Source: Nemertoderma westbladi
Lineage: Eukaryota; Animalia; Xenacoelomorpha
DNA: 64,000 nucleotides
Assembly (NCBI GenBank): GCA_032718475.1
Contig: JAUCBJ010005423.1
Location: 4,165 to 68,164 of the forward strand
Direction of reading: 5' to 3'
Positions 30,001 through 41,915 of this stretch are shown in pieces. Within the stretch, counting starts at the first letter, position 1. Each line of letters starts with the position of its first letter. The notes under the pieces were generated by a model. The model had not been told where the DNA came from and ran no database searches. It saw only the letters and a list, made by a program, of their open reading frames with translations. Position numbers and translations under genes: made by a program.

Positions 30001-31126
30001 CATCGATGTCTGTTAATTAATATTCCTTGTATAACTTACATCGATGTCTGTTAATTAATATTCCTTGTATAACTTACATCGATGTCTGTTAATTAATATT
30101 CCTTGTATAACTTACGTCTGTTAATTAATATTCCTTGTATAACTTACATCGATGTCTGTTAATTAATATTCCTTGTATAACTTACATCATTCTGTTAATT
30201 AATATTCCTTGTATAACTTACATCGATGTCTGTTAATTAATATTCCTTGTATAACTTACTCGATGTCTGTTAATTAATATTCCTTGTATAACTTACATCG
30301 ATGTCTGTTAATTAATATTCCTTGTATAACTTACATCGATGTCTGTTAATTAATATTCCTTGTATAACTTACATCGATGTCTGTTAATTAATATTCCTTG
30401 TATAACTTACATCGATTCTGTTAATTAATATTCCTTGTATAACTTACATCGATGTCTGTTAATTAATATTCCTTGTATAACTTACATCGATGTCTGTTAA
30501 TTAATATTCCTTGTATAACTTACATCGATGTCTGTTAATTAATATTCCTTGTATAACTTACGTCTGTTAATTAATATTCCTTGTATAACTTACATCGATG
30601 TCTGTTAATTAATATTCCTTGTATAACTTACATCGATGTCTGTTAATTAATATTCCTTGTATAACTTACGTCTGTTAATTAATATTCCTTGTATAACTTA
30701 CATCGATGTCTGTTAATTAATATTCCTTGTATAACTTACATCGATATCTGTTAATTAATATTCCTTGTATAACTTACATCGATGTCTGTTAATTAATATT
30801 CCTTGTATAACTTACGTCTGTTAATTAATATTCCTTGTATAACTTACATCGATGTCTGTTAATTAATATTCCTTGTATAACTTACATCGATGTCTGTTAA
30901 TTAATATTCCTTGTATAACTTACATCGATGTCTGTTAATTAATATTCCTTGTATAACTTACATCGATGTCTGTTAATTAATATTCCTTGTATAACTTACA
31001 TCGATGTCTGTTAATTAATATTCCTTGTATAACTTACATCGATGTCTGTTAATTAATATTCCTTGTATAACTTACATCGATGTCTGTTAATTAATATTCC
31101 TTGTATAACTTACATCGATGTCTGTT
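1..31126. repeat. 38-bp AT-rich tandem satellite, consensus TATAACTTACATCGATGTCTGTTAATTAATATTCCTTG, with 32-bp deletion variants; runs off the left edge of the window
   Basis: Uninterrupted head-to-tail monomers from base 1 to ...ATCGATGTCTGTT at 31126. No ORFs are reported in this span. About 830 copies by length estimate. Confidence 0.99.
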
Positions 31127-32455
31127 CTCTCTGTCTGTCAGTCTGTCCGTCAATCAGTTTATCGATGAAAATATATATTCAATATTCATATAATTTAATA
31201 TAATTTTTATATTTTTATTAATATAATATCATTGAATTTTATATTCTGTTTTAGAACAAAATGAAGTTACTAAAATAGTTAGATCATAAAAATTACCAAA
31301 AAGACATTATTTCTTCATTAAATTAATATAAATTTTGATTTTTTATGCAATAAATGTAGTAGTAAAATCGTCATATCTTAAAACTAATCAAGCTGAGAAG
31401 TAATAACTTTCATATTCGGAATCGCCATTAAATTATACTTAAAATTCGCACAAATTTTGTTTTCCAAAAAAAGGTGAAACCCCCCCCCCCCCCCTCCCTT
31501 CCCTGCAGACACAACTGGGCTGGTGTCTGTGCAATTCCAATACTAAGTTTGACAAACTGAAACTTAATATTTTATAAAATCAAAATCTATCCGCTTTATC
31601 AGATCATAATCCATTGTCTATTTCGTATAAAATTGAAGCAAATGGAAGTCTCTTTACGAAGTTATCCGGTGTAATAAACCTTAACAACAATGAACCTTGT
31701 AACCATAGCAAACCGCCTAGCTTCCCTCACACAGTAATGGATATAGTAGCAATACAGAAAACTCCACAACTAATCTACATTCAATATCTGAGCCATGACA
31801 TCCACTACTCTAGTAAATGCACTGCATCCGGGCATAAAATTGTTTTAGATTCCCAGTTTAACGCACTCAATACAATAGTACAGATAAAAACAAATACCTT
31901 AGTAACTGATCAATCAACAAACTCAAAACTTGTACTGAATGTTTATAGGAACAAGACTCAATAATTTTTTGGAACAAGATAGATTATGAGGGCAAGTTAT
32001 GTCAATCCACTGCAAATTCGTTTCCTCTGCATCGCCGGTAACCGCAAATAAACTAGCAGTGTACATCGATAATAAAGAATGCGACTTTGATAACATTACA
32101 TCCCTCCCGAATGGCGATCTTTACCGCGATATATCAGAGTAAGATATATCAGAAGCAGCAAAAAGTGGGGTGGGGGTTGGGCTGGGGTACCAACGTGTTG
32201 TATTCAGCCAACGTGCGGAATGCCAAATAGCAACCAAAATGTGTCCCTCTAGCGCGAGTGCACTACTAGGCCCATAATATTTATCCAATTTTTTTGAAAC
32301 CTTTCTGCTTTCTGTAGGTACCCTTCTAACCATCGCAAAGCAACGCAAACACGCCTTACATGTAATACTAAACGATTTTTTCTTCCGTGTTTGACTGAAA
32401 GGTTTCCGTCATCGGGTATTTTCAATCTGCAGCCTTTCCAGACATAATGGCAGAA

Positions 32456-35290
32456 CATGACCTACTGTACTATAGATATGTACGACCCGCCAAGCTGCTG
32501 CAAAGCCCCTAAATTTAGTGGGCCAGTTATTTATCTTATATAGAACCCCTGAAACAATAGGTCTAGCGGGTCGAAAGTACTTGTCCCTAACTAAAATTAT
32601 ATTATAATATATTAAATTATAATATATTAAATTATATTCTCTTTCAGATGAGACAAATAAAAATTGAATAGCTCTAGTAGTTTTCGAGATATGAGGATTC
32701 CCTGGCACCCATACCATATCAACACCTTTCGAAATTGATAAAAATTACACAAAATACAACATCCTTCAAAGACTTACGTATAACCATTAAACGACACTAT
32801 GCTTATTTTGTTTGTTGAATTCATTATTAGTAATCGAAAGCAAGATTAAAAGCAAAATTTTCATTTTTTTTTGTAATAGAAACTAAAAGAGCACCAAAAG
32901 TGCAAGTAGCACTTTTTTCAAAAGAGTTAAAATTGCCCTACAGTTTGGCTACTGAGATTTTAGAATCCTCTACTGTACATCAAACATATCGAAGAGTTGT
33001 GTAATGTAACAATATAGGCATGTTGTTTTTATGTTAGTTATTAGTCAGTTATTTGTGTCACGAAAAAAAAACAAATAGTGGAAATATGATAATGAAAAAT
33101 CACCTCGAAATCAAATTGATTTTATGACCATATGTTTTTTGGGATGCTGATCACGAATATAACACTTGAAAAACATCATACCTTATTGATTACGGCTTTT
33201 TTTGACACGCGTCAATGTGATGTACAAAAAATACACAAGTAACACAAATTTTATAATACCAGTACCAGTATAGATAGATTATCGCACCAAGAGGCGCGCG
33301 GCGCCAGTCTAGCTGGCATTTATTTCTTAAGATTTCAGATAAAACGTTACACATAGCATAACTAAAAATCAAATCATCTTATAATATTATCCTCCAAGAG
33401 CTTCCAGGTAATTTTTATAATGTTTTTATAGCTTCAGAATTACCCAACCAAAGGCACAATTTAACCGTTGGAAATTTTTGCTACTTCTACTTTTCGTTCT
33501 GGTGCACCAGAATGGCACCAAAAATGATGTTTCGTTTGCATTTACAGAATTTTTTAAACCAGTTTTCATCGTGATCAGCGACCCTGAAAACTGTATGTCT
33601 TCAGAATTATCAAACCAAACACAAAAAAATGTTTTAGTTTGACAATTTTTGCTTATACTTTTCGATCTGTTTTTCCAAAATATAACAAAAAATTATGATT
33701 GCTTTGCTAGAAAATATTTTTAACAAGTTTTATAGTGATCATCGACCTCGAAAACCCTTGAAAACGTGAGCCAAGATCTAAACAATTTCTAAATAATTTA
33801 TCTCAGCATATCTATTATGTATCAATAACCATTGTCTATTAAATCCAAGACAGTAAGAAGCGAACACTGTTAAGGTGGTAACGCATATTGTCTTACTAGA
33901 GATCTTCCGAAACGGCCGATATGTCTTCGGGGGATTCAGGTAGGAGTCCCGCTGGTTTAGGCAGGAGAATAAACCTAGCTTGATTCTGTGATGGTTCTTA
34001 AAGAATAACCGGCCCCTCCAACCCCAAGTCCAGCAGTAGCTTCATCTCTACATCAGATAAAAAAAAACGAATTTTACTCTCCTTCACGAATTTCGATGGA
34101 CGATGGGTGGGTATTTTACTTTTTACTGGAGGTCTTCGAGGAGTTTGAGGCAATCTGCCCATTGAAGTCGGAACAGATTCCGGGTGAATCGTTGAACATG
34201 GACAGCATCTTTTGATAAAGATGGCCGCTGTTAGTTTACTGAATATATCGCCCGTCGAATGTAGAAATGTTAAAGGCCCTGGTGTCATCTGTTCTGTAGA
34301 AGAGCCCTGACGAGTCGAACGAACTAAATATGTGAAACTGTATACCGAGCGCGCGAGCGGCATCTATACACACATCACTTTCCAACTATAACTGCTACTG
34401 CCTGCATACAGATACTATAGATACACAGATACTATGTCCAGACCAAGATTAATTAGGCTAAGCCCCCCGTGGCCGTGGCCGTGGCTGCCAGCCCGTGTAG
34501 GTAGAGGTGATACAGTAATAACTATTCAAATAAACACAGGTACAGACGTAATCAAGTAATGTAATAATGATAATGATAATGATAAGGCATTGATGCCTTA
34601 TCTAACAGCATAATGCTGTCAGCAGTAACGGAATACAGTGACGCAGTACAGTGCGACATGCACATACCACATACAGAATAATACACTACATTACCGGACC
34701 AGTACCAGAGTACTGCAGTACTGAAATAGAAGTGCACTGGCAGAATGGCTGGCACTTAGAATTTTTGAAAATACCACAATTTTATAAACCAAGCCAATGA
34801 ATTCAGCAATTTTAAAACCTCTCAGTAGTCAAACTATACGGCCAAATTACCACTTTTGGCTATTTGAAAAGTTCGAGCTACTTGTAATTTTGGTGCTCTT
34901 TTGGTGTCTATTAAAAAATTAACAATGAAGATTTTATTCTAATTTCGCTTTCGATTACTAATAATGAATTCGACTAAACAAAAAAACATAGTGGATTAAT
35001 GGTTATACCAAAGTCTTGAAGGGTGATGTATTTTGTGTAATTTTATCAATTCCGTAAGGTGTTCGATATGGTATGGGTGCCAGGAACTCCTCATATCTCG
35101 AAAACTACTGGAGCTATTAAATTTTTATTTGTCTCATCTGAAAGAGGACATAATTTTAGTTCGGGCCAAGTTCTTTCGACGTGCTAGACATGTTGTTTCA
35201 GGGATTCTATCTAAGATAAGTAACTGGCCCACTAAATTTAGGGGCTTTGCAGCATCTTGGCGGGTCGTATCTATAGTACAGTAGGTCATG
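32456..35290. mobile_element. Non-autonomous DNA transposon with ~500-bp imperfect TIRs, probably P superfamily
   Basis: 32456-~32966 is the diverged reverse complement of ~34812-35290. Termini are CATGACCTAC...GTAGGTCATG. Flanks GGCAGAA / GGCAAAA form a 7-bp TSD with 1 mismatch. Possible decayed THAP-like remnant on the minus strand at 34000-34360 (IHPESVPT...RRPP). Confidence 0.7.
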
Positions 35291-35640
35291 GGCAAAAGTT
35301 ATGGATCTTATACAATTTAGTTGTAGTATTTATTATATAGGCCTAAAAGCGAATTAAATACACATTTAGTACTCCTTATTGTTGTATTTTTATAATCATT
35401 TGTATTTTTGAATTATAAGTCGTTGGTTCCATTGCGAAACCACCTACCTATACGCCATTTTTGCCTAAATTAAGCAGCATTTTGTTAATGGTAAAATGTT
35501 TTCTGAATCCGATACCAACTCATTTAAAAGGCCATACTCTCACGTGTAGAGATATTCGTTTCAAAACTACCTATAAGCCAGTTTTAAATAGAACGCATGC
35601 TAGAAGAAATCTTTTTAAAACAACCTATATAACATATTTT

Positions 35641-36354
35641 ACTATTACGCACCATGACCCGTAATATAGTGTCATTTTCTGATGATACGACAAATTTTTC
35701 TTCGAATCTTTATCATATTGCTTGAAGTTTGAAAAACAACTATAGTTCAACTTCATGGCAGGTTGATACCATGAAGCCGGAATTTTCGATTTCGCCTTAA
35801 AATTTTTTTTATAAGCGTTTTAAAAAAATATCTTGCAAAATCAGCCAATAGATGTGTTAGTTATCAATTTTGACAAAAAAAAAATAAATACAAAAATTAT
35901 TATTAATTATTACTAATTATTATTCTATTAAATAAATACACAAAATTCTAAAACCTGTTGGTTGGCCACAGTGGTTATACCGATACAATATCTATATTGC
36001 GTAGCTAACAATACATAAACAAATTGTTCCAGAATATTGTGTATTTATTAATTAGAATAAATTTCCTTCAGCGAACAGAACAATAATTCTTGCAATCTTT
36101 AAACAGAATTTTTAAATTCAGATACAGTGGCAATGATACGGACGGTGCGATTTTGCAAGATATTTTTTTAAAACGCTTATAAAAAAATTTTTAAGGCGAA
36201 ATCGAAAATTCCGGCTTCATGGTATCAAGATCAACCACGGTAAGTTGAACTATAGTTGTTTTTCAAACTTCAAGCAATATGATAAAGATTCGAAGACAAA
36301 TTTGTCGTATCATCAGAAAATGACACTATATTACGGGTCATGGTGCGTAATAGT
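35641..36354. mobile_element. Palindromic MITE/foldback with ~200-bp near-perfect inverted arms
   Basis: 35641-35842 (ACTATTACGCACCATGACCCG...) is the reverse complement of 36149-36354. A diverged copy of the right part lies at ~39786-39977. Confidence 0.8.
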
Positions 36355-37983
36355 CCCATCCATCGTCAGCCCGCTCCTGGAAAATATCTGCCATTGTGTG
36401 GACAGCTGCCTCGACTCCTGCCAGCAGAGAGTTGTTCAGCACCACACGTCGTAGTCACATCGTCGCCTGTTGCTTGTGCCATGGCGCGAGCCACGATCCG
36501 ACGGAGGCACTCGCCTATCCCAATTGGTCGTACCCCGGGACATTTATCGAGAGCAATGAGCCAGCTGGACAAGAAAGCCCGCGTTGACTCCCATGGTAGA
36601 ATGGTGTTCGCCATGCTGTGAGTGATTCCATCAATGCCCTCGCGGAGGCGCTCACTGTGAGCCCCAAATCTAAGCAGGTAATCCTGCCAGCGTGTGGAAT
36701 CAGATCTGGCAGGTCCTGCTCCTCCGTGGAGATGATGGATAGCAGATTCTATGTGGGCTCCAGTTATATCAACCTTGATACGTACTGGAAAGTCGCCATC
36801 AAGGTCCAACAGAGACTCTGCGGGGGGTGGTGCTGCCAAGGGGTGCTTGCTTCGTAGCACTTCAAGAACACTTACTTTGCAGCCACCTTTGTCAACTTCG
36901 TTGCTGGGATCCATGACACTGCCCGACTCCTGGCCCGTCACCGCGAGTGAACACATGGATGGTGTGTTCTCTAGCATCAGCTGGCTGGCGTCGACCGACC
37001 CTCTTCCCAGGGCCAAACTTCAGGGAGCAGCGTTCCACCTCCTGGAGGAGGGCTTCCAGTTGCCCCGATTGCCACAGACCGATTCTGCGGGTGAGGAGGC
37101 GGCGGATGTTGGCACCTTTAATTACCTTTGGGTCACGGTGGAGGAGAAGTGAGTCCGCAAGCAGGATTCTCTCAGACCGGGCATTGGCCGCATTATGTTG
37201 TAGTGCAGATACGAAGGTCGTCGTTTCCGAAGCCAACAGCGCCACAACATCATGCCCAACAGCGCCACCTGGTAATCGGTATTTAGAACCGTTCAACTGT
37301 GTAGCGCGTCTCCATTGGTGTAGAAGGATGTCTGGGGCAGCCCCTTTACAAACCAAAGTGGCCACTTAGGCTCTTGTCATTAAATCCTGGGGGTCGGGAA
37401 TCGAGTGGGCCAACTTCGGCATGTCTCATGAACGTCCAAACATTGTTGTGGATTGAACTGTGGGGGCGTCCGTGGGGTGGCATGGGAAACGAGGACTGCC
37501 GAGCATTGCAGTTATTGGTCGGGATTGGGATGGGTTGTCGGGATTATCGACAGACTGGTCAGCGCCCTTCTCTGCATCTGTTGGCGTAGGTACCAAAGTC
37601 TCACTTAGTGAGTTGAATGAAGTTTGGCTCTCTGAGAGCCCGGGATCCATGATATTGAATGTGTCATTTGGGGTGGAAAAGTTTATTGGGATGGGCGGTT
37701 GGGACTGAGTTGATTGCGTACGGGTATTGGGACTCGGGCTTGTAAATTGGTTCTTGCATCCTCCTGCAAGGAACTGCGTGCAGCTAATACAGGGACGCCG
37801 CGCTTTGTTACACCCGCATCATAGCGAGTAATGCCACATTGGCAGCACCGCTGCGATCCCTGCTGCATTTCTCTTCAAATTCCAATCAAACGTCAGAAAC
37901 AGGCAAATAATTAATAATTGTTAACACTTTAACTTCGTTGAGTAATTTACGATCTCTTCTTCTATTTGGTAATAACCACATTT
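36355..37983 (-). mobile_element. Inverted 5' half of a CRE-like (R2 group, REL endonuclease) non-LTR retrotransposon: 5'UTR, N-terminus and RT domains 0-2; frameshifted
   Basis: Minus-strand GGAGP...W..YLLRFG, LIALDKCPGVRPIGIGECLRRIVARA, CGAEQLSAG, then in a shifted frame GVEAAVHTMADIF. Likely start ATG at 37868 (MQQGSQRCCQCG). Confidence 0.85.
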
Positions 37984-39720
37984 GGACCAAGGAGATACTG
38001 TTCAGTGAGGAGGGAGCCACACAGGGGGACCCGCTGGACATAATGTTTTACGCAACGGGAGTTCTTCCTTTAATTCGGCGGCTCCTGTCTCCAGAAACTC
38101 GACAGAACTGGTTTGCCGACGACTCCGCTGCAGCAGGGAAACTCAAAGATATCTTGAAGTGGTTCCATCGGTTGAAGGAGGAAGGACCAGCCCTCGGATA
38201 CTTCCCTGAACCATCCAAGAGTTATCTCGTGGTTTAACCAGCACATATGGAGGAGGCAAGGCGGATCTTTTCGGGTTACTCCATCAATGTCATCACGGGG
38301 TACCGATTCCTTGGTGGTTTTCTGGGCCAGGCATCAGATAAGACAGCATTTGTGGGGGCCAAGGTCGCTGCTTGGGTTGACGCCGTCGACAGACTGACAG
38401 AGATGGCTGCCGAACAGCCACAAGCTGCGTTTTCAGCCATAGCCTGCTCCCTGCAGAGGGAATGGGCTTACCTCCAGCGTGTCACACCGGACTGCAGCCA
38501 CGAGTTCCATATCCTCGAGGAAGCGATCACACAACGTTTCCTTCCTGCAATACTCGGAGGCGAAATATCCGCCAAGGAACGCAGACTGTTCGCCCTATCC
38601 CCGCGCTCTGGTGGATTGGGCCTGTGCAATCCAGTCGTAGAGGCTACTCCCTCCTTTAACACTTCCCGTACAGGAACCAGCCAACTCAGTGAGGCCATCC
38701 TCAGTGAAGAAAAATTCTCATTGGCGGACCTCCTCGCTGGTCTGCAGGAGGCACAGAAAACGGGGCGTGTGGAACAGTTGGCTCGAGAGGAAATCGAGTT
38801 CAAAGAGGTACAAGAAGACATGCCTCAAGTACATCGCCGAACCATGCAACGAGCCGCCGATTTTCGCATCAGTGGCTGGGTTTCCAGCCTCCCTTGTGCC
38901 GAGCATAACCTCGACCTTTCCCCACAAGAGTTTCGGGATGCGCTGGCCATCCGCTATGGTCGCCCCCTCGTCTCCTTTCTCAGCTGGTGCGATGGTTGTA
39001 GGGCCCTCTTCGATTTAAACCATGGTCTAAACTGTAAGAAGGGGGTCTCGTTATCCAACGGCACAACGAGCTCAGGGACGTTGTGGGCGACCTAGCAGCA
39101 ATAGCATTCGGGCCACAAAATGTCACTTGTGAGCCAGTCGTACGGGAACAGCAGGGGGTCAATGGAGCTTCAGGTCTTTGTTGCGACGTGGGTATTCGGG
39201 GGGCTTTCAACCCACAGACCCAGGTGTTGATCGACATCAGGTTGGTTAATCTTGATGCCGGGGCGTATGTGGGCCGCCCCGCAAGCTCCGTCCTCGAGTC
39301 GGCCGAAGATGAAAAGAAGCAGCTCTACTCAGATGCAGTCTGGGCTCGGCGCGACGATTTCTCGCCATTTGTCGTGTCATGTGACGGGGTCTTGGCCCCC
39401 CAAGCGAACAAACTCCTCTGGACTCATTGCCTCAAAACTTCACCAGAGGTGGGCCAGGCCCTACAGCGTCGTGATGGGTTGGGTTAGAACCTGGATCCAA
39501 CTGGCAGTCATCCGCGGGGCTTCCCACTGTCTCAGGGGATCGAGGACAAAGTGGAGAAGTGGACTTGGGTTGGAAGACGGTGCGGGAATGCATAATTCAT
39601 AATTCATAAACATATGTCATCAGTACACGGTTTATATAGTTGCTAATAGCCTAGCCTGGCCTACTAAGAAGATTCCCTTAAATTTTTATGTGTATTGTTA
39701 TTGTTTATGTTTGTTGTTAT
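37984..39720 (+). mobile_element. 3' half of the same CRE-like element: RT domains 4-7, zinc knuckle, REL endonuclease, 3'UTR; pseudogenised
   Basis: SEEGATQGDPL, WFADD, GYFPEPSKSYLVV, RFLGGFLG, SGGLG, CDGC...H..NCKKG(G)...RHNELRD, D..IRG...DIRL, AEDEKK.LY, FSPFVVSCDG. The 3' boundary is approximate. Confidence 0.9.
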
Positions 39721-40455
39721 GATATTAATTAATTTAAACAAATTCGAGTTTATTAGCTACCATTAAATAGAATAAATGGCCTGCAGCAAACAATAATTCT
39801 TGCAATATTTGAACGCCTATATCTCTGCTGTTTCTCAACGAAATTCAGATATTGTTATATATTTGAAATCCTTGCAACGCAAGCTTTCTTTTTTTAGGGG
39901 GGAGGGTGGGGGGGGGGGGGGTCCGTGTTATCAGAAAATGACACTACATTACGGGTCATCGGGCATGGTATAATAGGGTAAGCCCGGGTAACATTGATAT
40001 AAAATTGGAAACAACGAATCAGGAGCTAGAATTGTTGTCGTATATTATGATAAGAGGGAGATTTGATTTAAATTTTTAAAACTAATATTCTAATCTGTCT
40101 AAGGTTTTAATGGTTTTTGAGTAACAATTCATTGTAAAAATGTAATAAATAATTTTGAAACAACCTACCAGTATATCCTATACAATATAGTTTCCTACCT
40201 AATATGTGACATATTTCCAATATTTACAAATACAATGTTTTTTTTCTATTTCAAATCACACCAATATGTCAAAACCAATTTAATTTTACCTCGAAACGAC
40301 ATTAGAATGAATTTTGTTATTTTTGTGGAAAATGCCACATTTAGCGTATTTTGTTTCAAAATGGAACCGACGAAGTGTACCATCTATTAATTAAGTGTTC
40401 GAATAAAATAAATAACTATAATTATAACTCTAGAAGATTATTTTAAATTATAATT

Positions 40456-40626
40456 TTATTTCGGGCATTCGGATTGCATTCTCCACATGGCGAAGTTGAC
40501 TACCCCGGCATAGGTAACCCAGGCAACATAGGAGACCATAAGATGTCCGGAATGCGGTGGGACGTATCGGAAGACAGTGGCGCAGGAAAGAGCGGCACCC
40601 CAGACCGTCAACACATCCGTCAGAGC
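40456..40626 (-). CDS. TSPO: TSPO-like translocator protein (TspO/MBR family), coding exon 3 of 3: ALTDVLTVWGAALSCATVFRYVPPHSGHLMVSYVAWVTYAGVVNFAMWRMQSECPK*
   Basis: Acceptor tttgtttattag, 171 nt, phase 0, TAA stop. Aligns by eye to the human TSPO C-terminus (ALVDLLLVSG...PYLAWLAF...LNYCVWR). Confidence 0.85.
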   Translation of the reverse strand, partial: ALTDVLTVWGAALSCATVFRYVPPHSGHLMVSYVAWVTYAGVVNFAMWRMQSECPK

Positions 40627-40889
40627 CTAATAAACAAAAATAAACGAATGTGAAAATATATACAATTAAATAATAAATAAATAAACAATTAATAGAAAGC
40701 GGTACTAGCGGTACTAAATCCGTCTCTAGGGGGAAAATCGACGCAAATAACAGCTGTTTACTTCCAAAAATAAAACTGTATGTGACTTTCGTTTATTGTT
40801 TTGGATAGAATCACATGCCGCTGTAACCTGCCCTTTTCCGCTAATTGATGAGTATCGTTGTTAACACCCCGAGATCGAGATGTGATTTA

Positions 40890-41292
40890 TGTGGATGCCA
40901 GCCCAGAGCAGCGTCCAGTGTGGATGCCAGACCAGAGTAGCGGCCAGTGTGGATGCCAGCTCAGAGCAGCAGCCAGTGTGGATGCCAGACCAGAGCAGCG
41001 GCCGTGTGGATGCCAGCCCAGAGCATCGGCCAGTGTGGATGCCAGCCCAGAGCAGCGGCCAGCGTGGATGCCAGCCCAGAGCAGCGGCCAGTGTGGATGC
41101 CAGACCAGAGCAGCGGCCGTGTGGATGCCAGCCCAGAGCATCGGCCAGTGTGGATGCCAGCCCAGAGCAGCGGCCAGCGTGGATGCCAGCCCAGAGCAGC
41201 GGCCAGTGTGGATGCCAGCCCAGAGCAGCGGCCGTGTGGATGCCAGACCAGAGCAGCGGCCGTGTGGATGCCAGCCCAGAGCAGCGGCCAGT
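40890..41292. repeat. GC-rich 28/29-bp minisatellite (GTGTGGATGCCAGCCCAGAGCAGCGGCCA), ~14 copies, in TSPO intron 2
   Basis: Direct tandem units. A 115-bp four-unit block is duplicated (40981 vs 41096). Confidence 0.95.
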
Positions 41293-41915
41293 TAAGTTAA
41301 CTTTTGCAACACCTCTGTTTACACAACAAATTTGATAGATTGGTTTCTATTTCATCTCCTAAATGTTTGTAGTAGTAGAAGATTATGATTTTCAATAGTA
41401 TAAGAATACGTAAACGAAGATCTATAACGTGTAAAATGCTTTTATAATTATTTATTCAATATGTTTCAGTATCACAACAAACAATAGTTGAACCTACATG
41501 TTCGAGTATTAGGCCTACAAATACATAAATTACATCATGAATCGTACTGCATGATATATTTTCAAATTTATAGCCACGTCCTGCAATCACAATCCAACGT
41601 ATTATCCACTAACCTGCATTTACACCAAATGGTACTATAGTAGAATAGAGTACAATGTTTAACACGATAACACGTATTACAACATTCCCGCGTAACGGGT
41701 TGAAATTTGGTACTCAGGTGAAGGGAATCAGGCCAGGGACACCTACAAAGTCTGACGACGAATTTTACAAAGTCTGACTGATTTACTGCCCCATCAAAAC
41801 TGTGTTTCACAACCAGAGCAAACTGGTACTCATTAATTTACAAACATGATCGATCATATTAATCTTTATCATCATCTTATTAATCTTCTCCTACACATGG
41901 TATTTGGATATTTAA

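Noticed and set aside
1-31126. CRISPR array (constant ~31-bp repeat plus variable slot)
   Set aside because: The variable part is only 1-7 nt, drawn from a few related alleles. There are no unique spacers, leader or cas genes, and the context is eukaryotic with spliced genes.
1-31126. Telomeric repeat or coding repeat
   Set aside because: No G-rich telomere-type motif and no ORFs reported in the span. Chromosomal position cannot be judged from the window.
31614-32450. Short ORFs 31614-31964 (+) and 32121-32348 (-)
   Set aside because: No recognisable domain or consistent splice structure; possibly decayed coding sequence that I cannot identify.
36340-39237. Many overlapping alternative-frame ORFs in the CRE region
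   Set aside because: Shadow ORFs of GC-rich retroelement coding sequence.
35414-40379. Outer DNA transposon bounded by TCGTYGGTTCCATT..GAAAC inverted motifs with TA flanks
   Set aside because: Only ~20 bp of similarity and the extreme termini disagree (TAAG vs CACT); too weak to call.
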